Shown here: piece by piece, positions 28,344 through 37,925 of the stretch
Numbering within the stretch: position 1 is the stretch's first letter
Layout of the letters: every line of letters starts with the position of its first letter
Virus record (IMG/VR): IMGVR_UViG_3300009157_000016
Coordinates: 32,001 to 96,000 of that record
DNA from: a virus
DNA: 64,000 nt
Reading direction: 5' to 3' (one strand)
Position numbers and translations under genes: made by a program
The notes under the pieces: model-generated
What the model saw: the letters and a program-made list of their open reading frames with translations, nothing else
Databases searched by the model: none
What the model was told of the DNA's origin: nothing

Positions 28344-29285
28344 TCAGTCGTCGCGGCGGCGGCGGCTGCCCTTCCGGTCGTCATCGTCATCCTTGCGGCT
28401 GGACCGCTTGGAGTCCTTGGCATCGTCGTCGTCACGGCTGCGGCGCTTGGACGAGGAAGCCTCCTTGTCGTCGTCGCGGCTGCGGCGCTTGCCCTTGTCG
28501 TCATCGTCGTCACGGGAGCGGCGCTTGCTGCTGCCCTTGTCGTCGTCATCACGGGACCGCTTCCGGTCGCCGTCGTCGGAGTCACGCTCCTTGTTCGAAG
28601 CGGTGGTCATTTTCCGCTTCTGCGCCGAGGACAGGTCATCCTTGTGCGTGACCTTGATCAGACCGTCGTAGCGCTCGACAAGGTGCCCATCCTTGGTCAG
28701 CTTCTTGAGCACGTTGTTCTGCGGGCCGCCGGTCTTGTCCTTGATGGTCTTCATGGACGCGCCGCCCTCGAAGAGCTTCACGGCGTCGGAGACCTTGGTG
28801 CCGACGACGAGCCCGTAGCGGTCGCGCTTCGCACCCTCGTAGTCACGGGGCGACTTCTTTTTGGAGCCCTTGTCGTCGTCCTTGTCACGGCCGCGGATGG
28901 ATTTGCGGTCGTCCTTGTCGTCGTCCTTGGAGGAACGACGGCCGCGCCGGTCATCCTTGTCCTCGTCCTTGTCCTTCGACTTGGCCGACTTGCGGTCATC
29001 GTCGTCGTCCTTGGACGAACGCTTGCCGCCCTTGCGGTCGTCGTCCTTGCCGCCCTTCTCCTCCTCGAAGTCCTCGATATCCTGGTCGGTCTTCAAGGCG
29101 TCCAGCGCGTTGTTCGCCCAGTCGGTCGCCGGGTCTGAGACCGCGTTGAACTCGTCGTCGGGAAGCTTGTTGACTTCCTTGGCGAGCGCGGCAAGGTAGT
29201 CCTGCCGGGTCTTGTAGTCGTCCTCGTCCTTCTTGAAGCCGGTCGCCTTGATCAGCTCCTTCTCGATTGCATGGAGTTTGGCCAT
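28344..29285 (-). CDS. D/K/R-rich low-complexity protein with central winged-helix-like segment
   Basis: Two mixed-charge tracts around GTKVSDAVKLFEGGASMKTIKDKTGGPQNNVLKKLTKDGHLVE; AGGAA RBS. Confidence 0.7.
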   Translation of the reverse strand: MAKLHAIEKELIKATGFKKDEDDYKTRQDYLAALAKEVNKLPDDEFNAVSDPATDWANNALDALKTDQDIEDFEEEKGGKDDDRKGGKRSSKDDDDDRKSAKSKDKDEDKDDRRGRRSSKDDDKDDRKSIRGRDKDDDKGSKKKSPRDYEGAKRDRYGLVVGTKVSDAVKLFEGGASMKTIKDKTGGPQNNVLKKLTKDGHLVERYDGLIKVTHKDDLSSAQKRKMTTASNKERDSDDGDRKRSRDDDDKGSSKRRSRDDDDDKGKRRSRDDDKEASSSKRRSRDDDDAKDSKRSSRKDDDDDRKGSRRRRDD

Positions 29286-29302
29286 TTCCTACTGCCTTCC
29301 TT

Positions 29303-29875
29303 TCAAGCTGTTAACCACTCACGAAACGCGGCCACCAAGTCAGCGTCGCTATCCAGACCAAGAATGCGCTTGATCCTTGTGTTGAAGCTGGGGCGTGGAA
29401 GCCCACGGTGTCTCCTACTTGGTTTCCTAAGCTCTTGCAAGTGGCGGTCACTGGCGAACACGCTGAGAAGCAAAAGCACTTCCGGAGGCGCGTTCGCCAA
29501 GACAATAGACACTGACCCTTCGTCGGCAAGATTGCAAGCTAATTCGCTCACATCTTCTACGCCGTCAACGAAGGCGGACTTGCGTTCAATGTTCTTGTTT
29601 GCTAGGTCAATCAGCTCGTTCAGGAGAGCCGTCTTGTAGAGCGCCATGAAATGGGGCGCGTGCATGACGCGCGGATACTTGACTGTGCAGCGCTCGAATA
29701 CAATGTAGGCGTCTTGCAGGAGGTCGTCCATGCCACATAGGACTGGATCATAGCGCCATAGGTTTTCACGTAAGAACTTGATCGTGTAGGCTTTTATCAC
29801 CCCGTCCCATTCAGGATACCATTCAAGACGGACACGACTGGACAACTTTTCAAGCCGCACACGGCGCTTCGGCAT
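29303..29875 (-). CDS. Sigma-70 region-2-like factor
   Basis: MDDLLQDAYIVFERCTVKY..FMALYKTALLNELIDLA resembles the region-2 pattern EDLxQExxxxxxxxxxxF..FxxY...xxNxxxD; GGGAGAGG RBS before MPKRRVRL. Confidence 0.6.
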   Translation of the reverse strand: MPKRRVRLEKLSSRVRLEWYPEWDGVIKAYTIKFLRENLWRYDPVLCGMDDLLQDAYIVFERCTVKYPRVMHAPHFMALYKTALLNELIDLANKNIERKSAFVDGVEDVSELACNLADEGSVSIVLANAPPEVLLLLSVFASDRHLQELRKPSRRHRGLPRPSFNTRIKRILGLDSDADLVAAFREWLTA

Positions 29876-30010
29876 GGCCCTCTCCCCGACATAGAGCAGC
29901 GCCCCATTGCCCGGCTGCACTTCGATGTGGGTAATGGGAGCTCTAGCTGCGAAAAGTGAGCCAAGCACTTTCACGTTTCAGAGGCAAATGGAATCTTGTC
30001 ATCCACACAG

Positions 30011-30577
30011 CTAGTCATCAAGCAGCCGGCGCAGCCTCATTTGTCCGGTCTCCATGAACTGGACTTCGAAGCCCTTTTCGTCCCCATACGCCTCATAGAT
30101 GATAGGACCCTCGTGCGGAAGCTCGCCCCGAATGTAAACACCGTGGCGCTTGCAAAGCTTCTCAAGGTCCTCAGTGAACTTGCGAATGCGGTCGCGGGTT
30201 TGCGACTCGCGTTTGTTCAGGCAATGAGCGGGATACATAAGCTCCAATTCAAATTCAGCTTTGCGAATTAACTCTTCGGTGATCTTGGGATCACACCTGA
30301 GAAGCTCCTCCTCAGTGGTCAGTCTGACGTCGCATCCAGACCAACCATCCGTGAATTCGACACTGCGCATGAACCCACGCACGTCAAAGAACATCCCGTT
30401 GGAACGGTTGCCCGCGTGCATGAGTTCGTCGCCACGAAATATCCCGTAAAGTTCGCCGTATCGAAGCTTGCGTTGGATGGCAATTGCGAAGGCCACGCAA
30501 AGCCCCATCATGTACTTTCCGGAGAAGATCCGGCGCGCCAGCTTTTGCCCGGTGTCATCCAGTTCCTTGAATCTCAT
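30011..30577 (-). CDS. Hypothetical protein
   Basis: GLCVAFAIAI..HA pattern; AGGAG RBS. Confidence 0.6.
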   Translation of the reverse strand: MRFKELDDTGQKLARRIFSGKYMMGLCVAFAIAIQRKLRYGELYGIFRGDELMHAGNRSNGMFFDVRGFMRSVEFTDGWSGCDVRLTTEEELLRCDPKITEELIRKAEFELELMYPAHCLNKRESQTRDRIRKFTEDLEKLCKRHGVYIRGELPHEGPIIYEAYGDEKGFEVQFMETGQMRLRRLLDD

Positions 30578-30872
30578 ACCGCTCTCCTGTCAACCAATCA
30601 CGCTCCCCGGCCTTGATTTCCCGGTAAGTCATGACAGCCTCACGAATTTCGAAGTCGAAGTCGAGTATCCTGTCCACTGTCAACGGCTCAACTTGTTCTG
30701 TGAACGCTTTGTGGATGCTCGCAATGGCATAGCACTCTCGCGCGTCGCGCGGCTGTGACTTGATAGGGGAATCAACCATGATCTGCCGCTCCATGAGAAC
30801 GCCATACCAAAGGACGCCGCCATAAGGAAGGTTGTACTTGCGCGCGATGTCAAGATAGACTGCTTTCGCCAT
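30555..30872 (-). CDS. Hypothetical protein
   Basis: Coupled to the primase stop. Confidence 0.55.
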   Translation of the reverse strand: MAKAVYLDIARKYNLPYGGVLWYGVLMERQIMVDSPIKSQPRDARECYAIASIHKAFTEQVEPLTVDRILDFDFEIREAVMTYREIKAGERDWLTGERYEIQGTG

Positions 30873-31873
30873 TACAAGAAGCTCCTGACTAAGCGTTGCG
30901 TCAGCGTAGGCGTGAGCGCCCCCACGTCCTCAGTCACGAAGGACGGGTACTCACCTACTTCGAAGCCAGCCCCCATCAACAGGTCGCTGGCAAGAAAGAC
31001 GGTCTCGACCTCAGTGGGGTCGTAAAGCAGGATGCGCCGCCTGTAGCGGCGTCCAATCCTGCCAATGATGTACGCCTGATCCGTGCTCATCCTTGTTCCC
31101 AACGGGCAACACGCATTGACGTTGTAGTTGACTCCATAGAAGTCCAGCTTGAGCACGTCAATGGGGCCTTCAACTACGAACAGGATGTCACCGCCGCGAC
31201 ACTCATCCGCGTTGTAGACAAGCTGATTGCGGTCCACCGTAGCTGACGGCCCCACTTCCTCTTCCATACCGAGGATCTTGTAGCGGGGTGCGTCCACCAC
31301 GTGCATGATGGCGCGGCCGGTCCAGCTTACCAATTCCCCATCCTGATAGATGGGGAATATGATCCGGTCCTTGTGCGGTCCAGTGGTCGCGTATTTGAGG
31401 TTGTACTCGCTGACAATGCCACGGACGTCGTCAAAGCCACGGCGCTCGAGGTAGTGCCAGAATCGCTTGGCTGTCCCGGTGCGGACAATGCGGTTGAAGT
31501 TGTCGGGCATGTGCAGGCGGCTGCGCCGCCTAGGGCCGCTTGTCGGGGCGCTGTCGTGGCCCTGTAGCAGCGCCACGGCGTCCTCAAAGGTCTCAGGATC
31601 CGCTTGGCTGTATTGAGCCGCTATCAGCTTGCTCTGTCCGAAGCTGCAACCCAACAAAGCACGGATGAGATTGTGTGGTTTCTTGCCTGCGTGAGCCGCT
31701 GAGCGCCAGCACCCATACAGCTCTTGCGACAGGTGGATACCCATGTGCTCAGATGGATCGTCTGAGCCGCAGAAGGGGCACTTGACGTTTATGTGTCCCT
31801 TCTTGACGTTGCGCCCCTTGCTGACATAGGGGATGTTGTGGTCCTCAAGGAACCTAATCCAGTCGATTTGCAT
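30872..31873 (-). CDS. DNA primase (Zn finger + TOPRIM)
   Basis: CPFC..H..C zinc domain, YLERRG, RIIFPI..SWTGR..RYK, VVEGPID. Confidence 0.9.
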   Translation of the reverse strand: MQIDWIRFLEDHNIPYVSKGRNVKKGHINVKCPFCGSDDPSEHMGIHLSQELYGCWRSAAHAGKKPHNLIRALLGCSFGQSKLIAAQYSQADPETFEDAVALLQGHDSAPTSGPRRRSRLHMPDNFNRIVRTGTAKRFWHYLERRGFDDVRGIVSEYNLKYATTGPHKDRIIFPIYQDGELVSWTGRAIMHVVDAPRYKILGMEEEVGPSATVDRNQLVYNADECRGGDILFVVEGPIDVLKLDFYGVNYNVNACCPLGTRMSTDQAYIIGRIGRRYRRRILLYDPTEVETVFLASDLLMGAGFEVGEYPSFVTEDVGALTPTLTQRLVRSFL

Positions 31874-32144
31874 AGAGCGTCTGCACCGTTTCGTCGTTAG
31901 TGCAATTTTTCCCGCACCTGTCCATCCACATAGTGTGTTGGTGCTGCGCGCATTTGACGAAGTAGAACGTTTTGCGAAGGCCGTCCCTGACACGCCAGAT
32001 TCGACAATCGTCGACGCTGCCGATCATAACTGCCGTCACGTCAGAATTACCTGTCTCGCCACGTTCAATAGGGTCAGCGCCGCAGGCGGCCAAGAGCAGG
32101 CTAATTGAGAGGCTTGCCCATCTCCCTTTCCATGAGGCTTTCAT
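31854..32144 (-). CDS. Small lipoprotein (DUF4884-like)
   Basis: Lipobox LLAAC; VDDCRIWRVRDG..YFVKC. Confidence 0.5.
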   Translation of the reverse strand: MKASWKGRWASLSISLLLAACGADPIERGETGNSDVTAVMIGSVDDCRIWRVRDGLRKTFYFVKCAQHQHTMWMDRCGKNCTNDETVQTLYANRLD

Positions 32145-32349
32145 AGTATGCCTGTAGCTCCTCTGTCTTTTCCACGACCTGGTACGCCACTGAATGGTCC
32201 ATCTGGTTGAACAAGACGAACAGGTCACTGGCGTTCTTGAATTTGGCCTTGATGTCCTCCCGCAGGTTCGTGATGCCGGGCGGTTCACCCTCAATGGGCG
32301 GGATCTTCACGACGTCCATCACCAACTCACAGAAGTCACGAAACTCCAT
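32101..32349 (-). CDS. Hypothetical protein
   Basis: GAGG RBS, operon packing. Confidence 0.5.
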   Translation of the reverse strand: MEFRDFCELVMDVVKIPPIEGEPPGITNLREDIKAKFKNASDLFVLFNQMDHSVAYQVVEKTEELQAYYESLMEREMGKPLN

Positions 32350-32842
32350 CCTCGGGCTTCTGCGCTTGCTGTGCAGCGACGCGATCTTTTTCATAGGCTT
32401 CTTCCCTCACTGATCTCTGATCACTCCATTTGCCCGGCGCGCCTTCGTAGACGCAGGGGTCGGCTAGCTTCCCCCAACCGCCCGGCACGATGTCGGTGCA
32501 TCCGCAGTTGATGCAGATCTCGTCAAACGTGGAAGCGTCCATGCTGACGCGGGTGACGTGGGACGGGTGCTTCGTTTTCCTAAATATATCCTCACCGGGC
32601 TGAATGACCGGCTTCGGTTCATGGACTTCCACAACCGCCGTGTCCTCAGGATAGTTGACAAGTGCTTCCTGCGCCACGGCAATGCCATGCATGTTGATGA
32701 CGGTGCCAAATTCCTCACTATCATCGAGCGCATGGTCGTAGCCGGCTTCCTCCATCTTGCGACGGATCTCGCGGTAGGCTGCTTCGCTAAGCGGCATAAC
32801 GACGTAGGTGTGTGTCTGCCTCAAGTCACGTGGCGCTATCAT
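32336..32842 (-). CDS. Hypothetical protein with C-terminal CxxC
   Basis: THTYVVMPLS..YREI..GYDHA; CINCG; GGAGG RBS. Confidence 0.55.
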   Translation of the reverse strand: MIAPRDLRQTHTYVVMPLSEAAYREIRRKMEEAGYDHALDDSEEFGTVINMHGIAVAQEALVNYPEDTAVVEVHEPKPVIQPGEDIFRKTKHPSHVTRVSMDASTFDEICINCGCTDIVPGGWGKLADPCVYEGAPGKWSDQRSVREEAYEKDRVAAQQAQKPEDGVS

Positions 32843-33032
32843 TGTCTTCCTCCCGTTGGATAGAAACGGACCTGACCGTGACGCTGGCACGGTCAAGGTC
32901 GAAGAGAGGGTGGCCCATGTCGTATTGACCCTTCCATCCTCTCACCGCGTCCACAATGTACTGCCGCATCTGCGGCATGGTGACTTTCCCCGGTAAATCC
33001 ACCTCGACGGTGAATGTTCCTGTTCGCTTCAT
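32826..33032 (-). CDS. Hypothetical protein
   Basis: ATGA-coupled to the SNF2 helicase. Confidence 0.5.
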   Translation of the reverse strand: MKRTGTFTVEVDLPGKVTMPQMRQYIVDAVRGWKGQYDMGHPLFDLDRASVTVRSVSIQREEDNDSAT

Positions 33033-34663
33033 GCTGCTATTTTCATCCTCTCAATCTTGGTACGGCCGTCAATGACCGCACGCAGGAGGTTGTGGCCGTC
33101 AATGTTCGACTGCCGTTGGTCTTCGTCTTTGGTGCCGCGCATCATCAAGTCAAAGATGAACACGGGCCAAAGGAGTCCTGGTCTCCATACCCTTCGCTCA
33201 GCCTGCTCGCGGTCAATGGCGTTGGTCGGCTGCTCAAAGAACACAATGTATTCGGCGCATTGCAGATTGAGGCTGCTAGAACCGGACGCCGTGTTGATGA
33301 CAAGGAAGTTGACGTCGGTGCTCTGCTTAAAGCGCCGCAACTCTCCAATGGGGTCCTTCTGTCCGCCCCATATGCGCGCGTGCTTCAATTTCAGACGCTT
33401 GAGCTCGTCGCTGATTAGTTTGTTCGTGAACACGTAGTCATGGAAGATGATCATCTTCCTACCTTCCGGCATCGTGTCAATCAGCTCCTTGAGCGCCTCC
33501 ATCTTGGGGTTTTCATCCAAGGCGACGAAGTGCTTCTCGCTCTTGCTGCCGGGGTCGGCGTCCTTGAGCGTCATGAAGCCACTGGAGAGCTGGCGTATGC
33601 GGTGCCAGTTCGACTCTATCTCACCGTAATTCTCCTTGCTACGGTTCTTGCGCAGGTCCTCAATGCGCTGGACGCTGGCATTGTAGTAGGCTTGGATGCC
33701 TTCTGTCGGCTGCACGTATTTGGGAACGTAGTTGCGCGGCGGCAGGTCGGCGCACTCAGTGATCTCATACCGGATGGACCGGTTCTTGATGATACGGTGC
33801 AGCTCCTTCTTGAGCCGGCGCTTGAAGACCCACTTGAAGCCGCCCCAAAAGTTGTCCTTGCGCGTGTAGAACACTTCGCGGAAGAACCCCATGTTTTCGT
33901 GCAGCGTGTCACCGAGGTCAATTACGTGGAATTGCGCCCAGAGGTCCAACGGCTCTTTGCCGAAGGGTGTCCCGGTCAGGCCAAAGGCCCATTTGCATTG
34001 CGGCGAAGTGGATATGGCCCAACACAGGCGGTAGTAGAGACTCGTCTTGTTCTTGATCTTGTGGATCTCGTCCATGACCAGCGTGTCGAATTCCTTGAAG
34101 ATCTTGCGCACGCCGGCAGCGGCAAAGTTCCACTCAATTTTCTTGCGACCGGTCTTCGTCTTAACGCGCTTGCCGCCCTTGTCGAAGACCTCAAGCCGCT
34201 TGGAGCACATGGCCGCAGCGGTCTGGTAGGTCATGACGTAGATGTCACCCGGTTCGTTCTTGATCCAGTCAAGGTTCTCCTTGCTGCTACCCATCAAGGG
34301 AACGATGGTCAGATTGGGGGCGTGCGTCTCAACCTCGTCCAGCCACGTCTCAATGGCGGTCAGGTAGGGCACGAAGACAATGGCCCGGACCGTCTCCCCA
34401 CGCTGCTTGCGGTAGCTCAGAATCATGAGCGTCAGGCGTGTCTTGCCGCCGCCCATGTCCAGGAAGCACATGAAGCGTTCGAGGGTTATGATCAACAGGA
34501 AGCAGACAAGCTGATGCAGCCACGGCTTGGGCCGGCTGAACACAGGGATGGGGTCTAGGTCCTCCAGCGCGTCAAGGATTTCATCACGCGGAGCCTTCTT
34601 CATCCAATCAAAATTGTCACGCTTCTCGTTGAGGAAGCGTTCCTTGACCTTCTCTGAAATCAT
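33029..34663 (-). CDS. SNF2-family (SF2) helicase
   Basis: LDMGGGKT, MDEIH, LTGTP, SLNLQ, QAERRVWRPG. Confidence 0.93.
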   Translation of the reverse strand: MISEKVKERFLNEKRDNFDWMKKAPRDEILDALEDLDPIPVFSRPKPWLHQLVCFLLIITLERFMCFLDMGGGKTRLTLMILSYRKQRGETVRAIVFVPYLTAIETWLDEVETHAPNLTIVPLMGSSKENLDWIKNEPGDIYVMTYQTAAAMCSKRLEVFDKGGKRVKTKTGRKKIEWNFAAAGVRKIFKEFDTLVMDEIHKIKNKTSLYYRLCWAISTSPQCKWAFGLTGTPFGKEPLDLWAQFHVIDLGDTLHENMGFFREVFYTRKDNFWGGFKWVFKRRLKKELHRIIKNRSIRYEITECADLPPRNYVPKYVQPTEGIQAYYNASVQRIEDLRKNRSKENYGEIESNWHRIRQLSSGFMTLKDADPGSKSEKHFVALDENPKMEALKELIDTMPEGRKMIIFHDYVFTNKLISDELKRLKLKHARIWGGQKDPIGELRRFKQSTDVNFLVINTASGSSSLNLQCAEYIVFFEQPTNAIDREQAERRVWRPGLLWPVFIFDLMMRGTKDEDQRQSNIDGHNLLRAVIDGRTKIERMKIAA

Positions 34664-34938
34664 GCTCGCGCACCGGTAGCTGCCACCTTGCCTTTCTCAG
34701 TTATACAGTAGGTGATGGTGATCCCACTGGAATTAGGACTGAATTTGCGAATCCAGTCGTGAGCGCGAAGCCCGTCAATCACGACGACGCTGCACCCCAC
34801 GGCCGGTATGCCAGCCTTTGTCTTGCCAATCTTGAGAGTCTTGTGGCCGCTGGAGAGAAGCCCTTTGCCGCCCTGCTCTACCAGCCATGCCAGAACCTTA
34901 CGCTGTACCTCAGTCGGACGAGTCCCCATAGTCGTCAT
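34660..34938 (-). CDS. Hypothetical protein
   Basis: Coupled to neighbours; ends ITEKG (winged-helix-like). Confidence 0.5.
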   Translation of the reverse strand: MTTMGTRPTEVQRKVLAWLVEQGGKGLLSSGHKTLKIGKTKAGIPAVGCSVVVIDGLRAHDWIRKFSPNSSGITITYCITEKGKVAATGARA

Positions 34939-36391
34939 CTCGCTCTCCCTTGATGCCTACGTTCTTCTCGATCAACCGCCAGTAGTCGCCCGTGGTCCGG
35001 GCGCTGTCAATGGCAAACTGTCCTAGGGCATACTGTTGGGAGATGACAATAACTATCCTGTCCTCGTCGTTGCGGCCGGCAGTCACCGCCAGCCGGGCAA
35101 GGCCCATCGCATACTCGCTCTCAGTCTGGCTGTAGGTGATGACGATGTCTGCGTGGGCAATCTTGCTGTAGGCCTCCGCAACGTTGGCACTCTTGACTTG
35201 CTTAGCGCCCGCTGCGGCGCGGTGGGACTGGCTGACAACGGCCATAGCGGCGTTCCGCTTCACGGCCACGCCCCGCAGGCCCTTGAACGCCTCATCCAAG
35301 CTGGCGCGTATGTTGCTGGCGTCCAGTTGCATCAGGTCGGGGTAGTCGAACACAATCAGGTCAGGAGTGAAATGCTCAGTGACTTCTAGGTTCTGCAAGT
35401 AGGCTTCGAACTGTCCTATGGTCAGTGAGCCTGTAGGGAACCCTTTGATGATGATGTTGTCCAGGATGCGGTGCTGCCACTTCCGCATTAGGCGCTCAAG
35501 CTTGGCCTCAATGTCAGGGCTGTCAAAGGACAGCTCCGGCCGGACCTCATCCTCTTCAAAGTCAACGATAGGCTGCTGACGTGGGTCGTGTCCCCGTTTG
35601 ATGCCCTTCTCAGTCAGCTTGCGTCGCTTGATGCGCGTGATCTTTATCTTCTCGTCGCGCTTGGCAATGCTGAACAGCGACATGAGATAGCGCTGGCTGG
35701 CCCGCTCCTCAGACATTTCCAAGGTCACGTGGAGCACCTTGAGTCGGTGCAGCACGGCCAGCTTTGCCAGCATGATCAGGAACCAAGTCTTACCCTTCTT
35801 GGTATCGCTGATGTAGAGCAGGAGCTCCTTACGGGTAGGCCCGAAGTTGCGCTTGTCAAGTTCGGGTATGCCGGTAGGGAACGCTTCCTCAAGGGTGCGC
35901 AGCCCTGCTAGGACACGTTTCCAGTTGGACAGCCGCAGGCCGGGGTCGAAGACCTTTAGGCTGGCAGTGTTCGCGGCAGCCATGAGCTTCCGCGCTTCCT
36001 CAAGGGACTCCTCAGTGTCGCGCTGTAGGGCCTTCGTGAGGTCCACCGCCACGCTGCGCAGGCTTTGCCGTATCACGAACGTCTCGACCTGAGACATCAC
36101 GTATTCGGCATTGATCCCGTCGTTGGCGTCGTGGATCGCTTCCACAATGTCGGCATAAGCGTTCGCTTCACGCTTGTTGACCGACGTTATCTTGTCCTCA
36201 AGGATGTCCGGTAGGTGGTCACCGGGAGGCTTCTTATATTTGTCAATGAAGTCGTAGAGGCGGGTAGCTACCTCGCGGTACTGCCCGCCAAAGTTCTCAA
36301 TGCCCACGGTTCCGCGTATGATAGGAGCCCGCTCCTTGTCATACGACAGCAACGTGAGGAGGTTTTCGGTAAGGAAGGTGCCTAGTGCCAT
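34910..36391 (-). CDS. DnaB-like replicative helicase
   Basis: PTGIPELD, SDTKKGKT, VTLEMS, VFDYPDLM, VVSQ, AEAYSK..AD. Confidence 0.92.
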   Translation of the reverse strand: MALGTFLTENLLTLLSYDKERAPIIRGTVGIENFGGQYREVATRLYDFIDKYKKPPGDHLPDILEDKITSVNKREANAYADIVEAIHDANDGINAEYVMSQVETFVIRQSLRSVAVDLTKALQRDTEESLEEARKLMAAANTASLKVFDPGLRLSNWKRVLAGLRTLEEAFPTGIPELDKRNFGPTRKELLLYISDTKKGKTWFLIMLAKLAVLHRLKVLHVTLEMSEERASQRYLMSLFSIAKRDEKIKITRIKRRKLTEKGIKRGHDPRQQPIVDFEEDEVRPELSFDSPDIEAKLERLMRKWQHRILDNIIIKGFPTGSLTIGQFEAYLQNLEVTEHFTPDLIVFDYPDLMQLDASNIRASLDEAFKGLRGVAVKRNAAMAVVSQSHRAAAGAKQVKSANVAEAYSKIAHADIVITYSQTESEYAMGLARLAVTAGRNDEDRIVIVISQQYALGQFAIDSARTTGDYWRLIEKNVGIKGERDDDYGDSSD

Positions 36392-36563
36392 GAGACCCTA
36401 TACGGCGCAGGGCCTCATCCGAACAGCAACAGGCCCGCAACAAGAAGGATGAGGAACAGAACGCCTGCCGCCGTGTCACGGGAAACCCGCCTGCGCTGCG
36501 GCAGGCGGGCACGTAACCTATCTTGACTGCGGCGTAGGAGTTCTTCTAGGTCCGGCTCAGCCA

Positions 36564-37085
36564 CTAACGGCGGCGCTTGCGGAGCATGGTCACGACGATA
36601 TGTGCCATGCCGCACTGGAGGTAGCCGGGGAAGCCGTTGTCAAAGACCTCGCTCAGCCGGCCTATGTTGGCGGCGACCGTGCCGTAGCTGCACGGGAGGT
36701 CACGTTCACGTAGTTCGTCGATCAGCATGGAGATCAGAAGGCGGCACAGGCTCATCTGTTCTCGTTGGCCCTTTACCTGCCCGTTGAACTCCTTGTTGAG
36801 GAAGTCCTCCAGTGCGGGCAAGCTGTCCCGCCAGTGGCGGTAATGGGCTGTCTTCCTGAACGCCACGAAGGGCATGTTGCGGCGGATACCGCGTGCCTCG
36901 AACTCAGCCGTCATGGCGTCGAACAAGACTGCCTCAAACCCTTCCGGGTGTATGGCTGGGGAACCGACTGCACCGTCCCCCAACAGCATGTCCAGTGCTT
37001 GTCGCACCTTGAGAAGTCCGTCATGACCGATTGACGGAAGATTAGAGACTACCATTTCAGCGCTTAGCCTAGTCATCGTTGCCAT
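36564..37085 (-). CDS. Hypothetical protein
   Basis: GGGAGA RBS; upstream of the helicase. Confidence 0.6.
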   Translation of the reverse strand: MATMTRLSAEMVVSNLPSIGHDGLLKVRQALDMLLGDGAVGSPAIHPEGFEAVLFDAMTAEFEARGIRRNMPFVAFRKTAHYRHWRDSLPALEDFLNKEFNGQVKGQREQMSLCRLLISMLIDELRERDLPCSYGTVAANIGRLSEVFDNGFPGYLQCGMAHIVVTMLRKRRR

Positions 37086-37140
37086 TCTCCCAATGGAGTT
37101 TGCAGCTTACGGCAGGCTATACGCTGGAGGCAACAGAGTT

Positions 37141-37467
37141 TTACAGTCTAACGCGCTTCTTGCCACCGCCTTTGTCGAGGCTCTCCCTCAACTTCCTCAT
37201 CGGATCACGTTCGCGCGCTTTTTCTGAGCGACTCATACCTTCGAATTCCCTCAGTTTAACTTTCCCTTTCCTGTAGGCGTCAAGTAAAGCCTCCTCGAGA
37301 TCCTCACCTTGACCGTGAAAGTAGTCCCAAACGGAATGAGTGTGAACGAGAACGACGTCAAAGTACCAGTGTCTCCTTCCCTCCTTTCCGATGGGGTGGC
37401 GCTGATAGCATTGATGCAACATGAAGCCGGCATCGTTGGCCCGCTCAAGGACGTCTTCTACTGACAT
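37141..37467 (-). CDS. Hypothetical protein ending in KKRVRL
   Basis: GAGGAG RBS; first gene of the leftward replication block. Confidence 0.6.
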   Translation of the reverse strand: MSVEDVLERANDAGFMLHQCYQRHPIGKEGRRHWYFDVVLVHTHSVWDYFHGQGEDLEEALLDAYRKGKVKLREFEGMSRSEKARERDPMRKLRESLDKGGGKKRVRL

Positions 37468-37547
37468 GATACGATCTCCTCTGCTAGTTGCTCAGACATA
37501 CGGTTCGCTTTACAGTCCGGCCTCACGCCGCGCAGTGGGGAGCAGCA

Positions 37548-37925
37548 ATGTTCCGGTTCATCTTCAACATCAGAGACAATGCTGACTATACCTTCCGGTT
37601 CGTGTGGACCGACATCAACGGTCAACCCGTTGACCTTGAAGGGTCTGAATTCCTCATGCAGGGCAAGGTGACTCCCGGCGCACCGGGAGACCCGATCTTC
37701 GAATTGAGCAGCGCTGATGGCGAGATTGTGGTGGACCCGGACATCACGCCGACCAAGAACCAGTTCACCATAACCTTCGCACGTGGCATTGTTCCAATTG
37801 CTAACGGCTTCACCCAAAGTTCCTACTACTCTGACATCTTGCGCAAGGTAGACGACGCCGTCACCACGGTAGGATACGGCGTCGTTGTTTGCTCGAAAGG
37901 TCCCACGCAATGGCCGCCTCCGTGA
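37548..37925 (+). CDS. Putative virion Ig-like/adaptor protein
   Basis: F.F.W.D..GQPVDLEG..MQ..YYSDI..G pattern seen upstream of fibre genes. Confidence 0.5.
   Translation: MFRFIFNIRDNADYTFRFVWTDINGQPVDLEGSEFLMQGKVTPGAPGDPIFELSSADGEIVVDPDITPTKNQFTITFARGIVPIANGFTQSSYYSDILRKVDDAVTTVGYGVVVCSKGPTQWPPP

Noticed and set aside
27873-29199. Long plus-strand ORFs (421 aa, Ser/Arg-rich), and likewise 17987-18658 and 33440-34558
   Set aside because: Antisense shadows of real minus-strand genes in GC-rich or low-complexity DNA.
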